A stretch of 64,000 nt of DNA from Flaccisagitta enflata (lineage: Eukaryota): NCBI GenBank assembly GCA_965153355.1, contig OZ231126.1, positions 43,834,001 through 43,898,000 of the forward strand. Direction: 5' to 3'. A model generated the notes under the pieces. It made no database searches, was not told the origin of the DNA, and was given only the letters and a program-made list of their open reading frames with translations. Position numbers and translations under genes: made by a program. Numbering within the stretch: position 1 is the stretch's first letter; every line of letters begins with the position of its first letter. Positions 60,427 through 64,000 of this stretch are shown piece after piece.

Positions 60427-60782
60427 CCATCCATCCGCAACGATATTGCAGTGTAACCCTGCGTTACTTGTATTCGTTTTTCCCATTCTCCTTCGTTATT
60501 TGTGTCAATTGCTTTATCCGTCGGTTAGTCTCTTTGTTATTTTGTTGGCCACATTCAGTTTTCTTGGGTCTAGTATCACTAACGCTGCACTGCTTCCGCC
60601 TAAATGCTTGGCCAGCCTTTTCATCACTCTCCCTGCCAACCATAGCGTCAGCTGTGTGATGTGTTATTGTGTATACGGCCTTGCTTATGAAGAAAAAAAG
60701 TTTTTTCTCGATGTAAAATCTAACCCCGTGATAAGTGTCTTGGTCTTTCTGTCTACGTTCATCTCCTTACGTTTTTGTCTCC

Positions 60783-61007
60783 TTTTTTAGTCGCGTGCTA
60801 CGCGACTCTACACCCCGCTTTGTCGGTCCGTAGGTCCGTCCGTCGGTCCGTCGGTCCGTCCGTCGGTCCGTCGGTCCGTCACACTTTACTTTTTTGGCGT
60901 TTATGGGGTTTTTGGCTATACCGCTCCTGCCCAAATGCTCCACTGACCTCAAATATGGCCCCTGCCCACCCGCACGCGACTGGGGTAGCCGTGTATCCGG
61001 CCTTGTT
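60783..61007 (+). mobile_element. HINE family A, intact reference copy
   Basis: TTTTTAGTCGCGTGCTACGCGACT, (GTCGGTCC)n, GCACGCGACT sub-TIR, GCCGTGTATCCGGC hairpin, TTGTT. Confidence 0.9.
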
Positions 61008-61032
61008 TTTTTTTGTCAGCAAAAGTGATTAT

Positions 61033-61377
61033 CAGCCCTGAAAATAGAGCGGGCCCGCGGGCCCGAGGCCCGCAAATTGGCAGTCGGGCCCACAAATTAG
61101 ACTAGCTGCCGGGTGACAGGCCACAGCAATTTAACTGTAATCATTTTTTATCTTACATTCTCCAGCCATCTAAATTTTTCTTTCTCCTGGAGATAAAAAG
61201 ACTCCTTGAGACACTTCTCAGCTGCTTAATAACAGAAAAAATTCAGCAATAGTGAAGCACATCCATTTTGAATTCACATATGATTGTTTACAAAAATAGA
61301 TTAATAAATGAAAAAATAAAGATAAAATGGTTTCATTCGGGATTTGGACACAGCCATTTCTATTTTGTGAGAGCAGA

Positions 61378-61435
<58 letters not shown>

Positions 61436-61704
61436 AACAAACACACATCCCGAGAGGGATGGAGGGACAAGTAAGAGACATAAGTTATCATTTTTCTTTG
61501 CATAATTCTTTCCATTTATTAGGAAATATTCATTAGGAAATAGTTTGTATAGATAAAGAAATTCACTGCAGTGTTGTAGCAGTGTGTCTACACAGGCTTA
61601 TGACAACAGAAAGATTTGAATAACTATATTTCAGTCGGGCCCGCAAAAATCAAGAGGAGCGGGCCCGACGGGCCCGCTGAGAAAAATTACTTTTTTCAGG
61701 GCTG
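61033..61704. mobile_element. hAT-type MITE with CGGGCCCG subterminal repeats
   Basis: 8-bp TSD GTGATTAT; CAGCCCTGAAAA...TTTTCAGGGCTG. Confidence 0.9.
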
Positions 61705-61809
61705 GTGATTATTATTCTAGGACGCCCCTGCGTCTGTTCTTGATAGGGCAGGTTGTTGAAGTGTTTTCTTTTTTTTTTCTTTTTTTTTTTCTTCTTTAGT
61801 CGCGTGCTA

Positions 61810-62410
61810 AAGTACGATGGCAGCAAAGACGACCTAGTCTGGAGGATGGATTTTAGGTATCTTAATTTCATTTGATTTTTTTTTTAAATTGAGATCTGTG
61901 CTAATTATAGGTTGCTCTATTGCTAGAATATGTTAGCTTTTCTCATTCTTCAACTTGTGACTTGACATCATCAGGATTTTATTCTTCAATGTTCTAACCT
62001 AGCCAGATCGGGCTGAAAATTTCATATAATTCTGAAATAAAAGCCAATCGGACTATTTTTACATGTTTTACAGTTTCTTTTCAAACAAAACAATTATTTA
62101 AACTAATATTTGGGCAAAGGTTAAAAGAGGTATAAAACCTGTAAAAATGGTATGATTGAACTGATTTTTTCTTGTAAATTATGTAAAATTTTTTGCCCAA
62201 TCTGATAAACTAGGTAAGAACATTGAAAAATGAAGTCCTGATGAGGTCAAGTCGCAAGTTGAAGAATGAGAGACACAAATATATTCAAGCAATAGAGCGA
62301 CCTTTAACTAGCACATTTCTCAAATTTTTTTGTAAATCAAATTAAATCAAAATATTGAAAATCTACACTATGCTATCTAGGCCTAGTTTGTCTTTGCTCC
62401 CATCGAACTG
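61810..62410. mobile_element. Foldback MITE (27286 family) inserted at the TA in the 5' hairpin loop of a HINE (61796-62630)
   Basis: TTTAGTCGCGTGCTA|AAGTACGATGG...CCATCGAACTG|TTTGCCACTCTACACCCCGC. Confidence 0.85.
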
Positions 62411-63267
62411 TTTGCCACTCTACACCCCGCTTTGTCAGTCCGTCGGTCCGTCCATCCGTCACACTTTATTTTTTTTTTCGTTTTTTTTTGTTTTTTGTTT
62501 TTTGTTTTTTTTTTTTTGTTTTTTTTTGCGGTCTTTAGCCTCACTGCTCCTACCCAAATGATGAAGTGACCTCAAACATGGCTCCTGCCCACCCGCAAGC
62601 GACTCGGGTAACCGTGTATCCGGCCTTGTTTTTACTGAAATCCACTCCATTCTTCTTTCAACGCCGGCTTTTGCATTCCTTTTTAGCTTTTACCGTTTTT
62701 GTTCATTTTCTGCTCTTTTTATAAATTGTCTCTTCATTATATGATTAATTTACTTGGCCAACACCAAAGAGAACAAGCCCAACAGGCCAACAGTGGCATA
62801 TATACATAACCCTTCCTTCCTTCCTTCCTTCCTTTCTTCCTTCTTTCCTCCCTCCCTCCCACCCGCCCTTCCTCCTTTCCTTTCTCCCTCCATTCTTTCC
62901 TTTCTTCCTCCCTTTCTGCCATTCGTTCCTCCCATCCTTCCTTACTCCCTGGCTTCCTCCCTCCCTTCCTTTTTTCCTGTCTTCCTTTCTTCCTCCCTAC
63001 CGACCAATCAACTCGACTAAAAATGACCAATTCAACCTTGGAAACAATTCTCAATTCTGTTCACAAACAAATTGCCGTCTACAAAGCTCTTCACTAGCCC
63101 TGACACACGTGTATGTCTTTACTTCATTTCATAATGTGCACAATCCTGTGATTTAATCTGAAAACAAATTGCATTTTCTGACGAATCAATTGTTTAACAG
63201 ATGCTGAATTTCTGTTAACGACTCCTTTTCATCTAAAACTGGATATTCCGTAGCCTCGAGTTATGAA

Positions 63268-63515
63268 ACAAGGCCGGATACACGGCTACCCCAGTCGCGT
63301 GCGGGTGGGCAGGGGCGGAAATGCGTGTTTTCACACTTTTCGATTCTTGTTCAGGGACGGACCAACGGACGGACGGACGGACGGACGGACGGACGGACGG
63401 ACGGACGGACGGACGGACGGACGGACGGACGGACGGACGGACGGACGGACGGACGGACGGACGGACGGACGGACGGACAAAGGCTCTTATAGAGTTGCGT
63501 GTCCGCAACTAAAAA
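63268..63515 (-). mobile_element. Young HINE family A with a long perfect (GACG)n
   Basis: Clean termini and an uninterrupted microsatellite of about 110 bp. Confidence 0.9.
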
Positions 63516-64000
63516 CGAGCATTGAGCAGGTGTTCCAAAAACGTCAACGATGGAACCTGCAAAAAAAAAGCAATTTCCCATTTCCGCAAAGAAAAAGAAA
63601 AACAAAACAAAAAAACAATAAATAAAAACGTCAATAAAATATACTTTCTCTGTGTCCAAAATCGGAAAAGCGGGAAAATCCGAGTCTTTGCCATTCTCGA
63701 CTTCAATTGGCAGTTCGTGGTTTTCGACCATCGCCAAGTCTTCATCCCCACCGCTTGTGGCTTTTTCTTTCCTCACTTTATCTCCTTCTGTGTCTAGTGT
63801 TTATAGTAGTAAGAGGATGCCTGAAACTCTTATGTCACGTGATAGGAAAATTTTGACAAAATGGGCTTAATTAAGCAGTTGTAAAAGCATATGTTCAATG
63901 AAATATCAACCGGGTTCATCTTTAATATATATTAGGCCATGATTATTAAACAGAAACAGGGTCTAAAAAATCGTTTGTTGCAACGAACTCCTTCTTGAAG

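Larger units (their letters stand above)
57050..63795 (-). pseudogene. Unidentified decayed coding segments
   Basis: Exon-like 63795-63647 (DTEGDKVRK...FPILDTEK) splices in phase to tttgcag|VPSLTFLEHLLNA; long frames with only 1-2 stops at 59112-58790 and 58360-58060. Confidence 0.3.

Noticed and set aside
63263-63517. HINE acting as a spliceable intron (G|TTTTTAG creates a GT; similar at 37198)
   Set aside because: The GT donor is phase 1 while the nearest downstream AG needs phase 0, so splicing would not restore the frame

Overview
AT-rich animal (metazoan-type) nuclear DNA with no prokaryotic features, CRISPR array, rRNA or tRNA that I can see. Most entries in the ORF track are artefacts of microsatellites or repeats. 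Three layers explain the window. (1) About 35 short non-autonomous Helentron/DINE-1-type elements (HINEs) from several related families. They have a TTTTTAG-NN-GCG 5' end, asymmetric sub-TIRs, a GACG/GTCC microsatellite and a 3' hairpin; one family carries a 21-bp satellite core. (2) At least 15 MITE/foldback DNA-transposon copies with TA, 4, 7, 8 or 9-bp target-site duplications, often nested three deep, plus many microsatellites and a 2.85-kb tandem duplication. (3) The unique sequence between the repeats is largely decayed coding sequence. By manual translation and motif recall I read a ROS1/Sevenless-like receptor tyrosine kinase relic (+, ~5.8-30.6 kb), an anosmin-1/KAL1-like multi-FN3 relic (-, ~30.8-38.0 kb), an ionotropic glutamate receptor/IR-like relic (-, ~41-50 kb) and an unidentified relic (-, ~57-63.8 kb). 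All carry stops, frameshifts and transposon insertions. Only the two exons at 1.9-2.4 kb look intact. Protein identities rest on remembered motifs and need tblastn/HMM confirmation.
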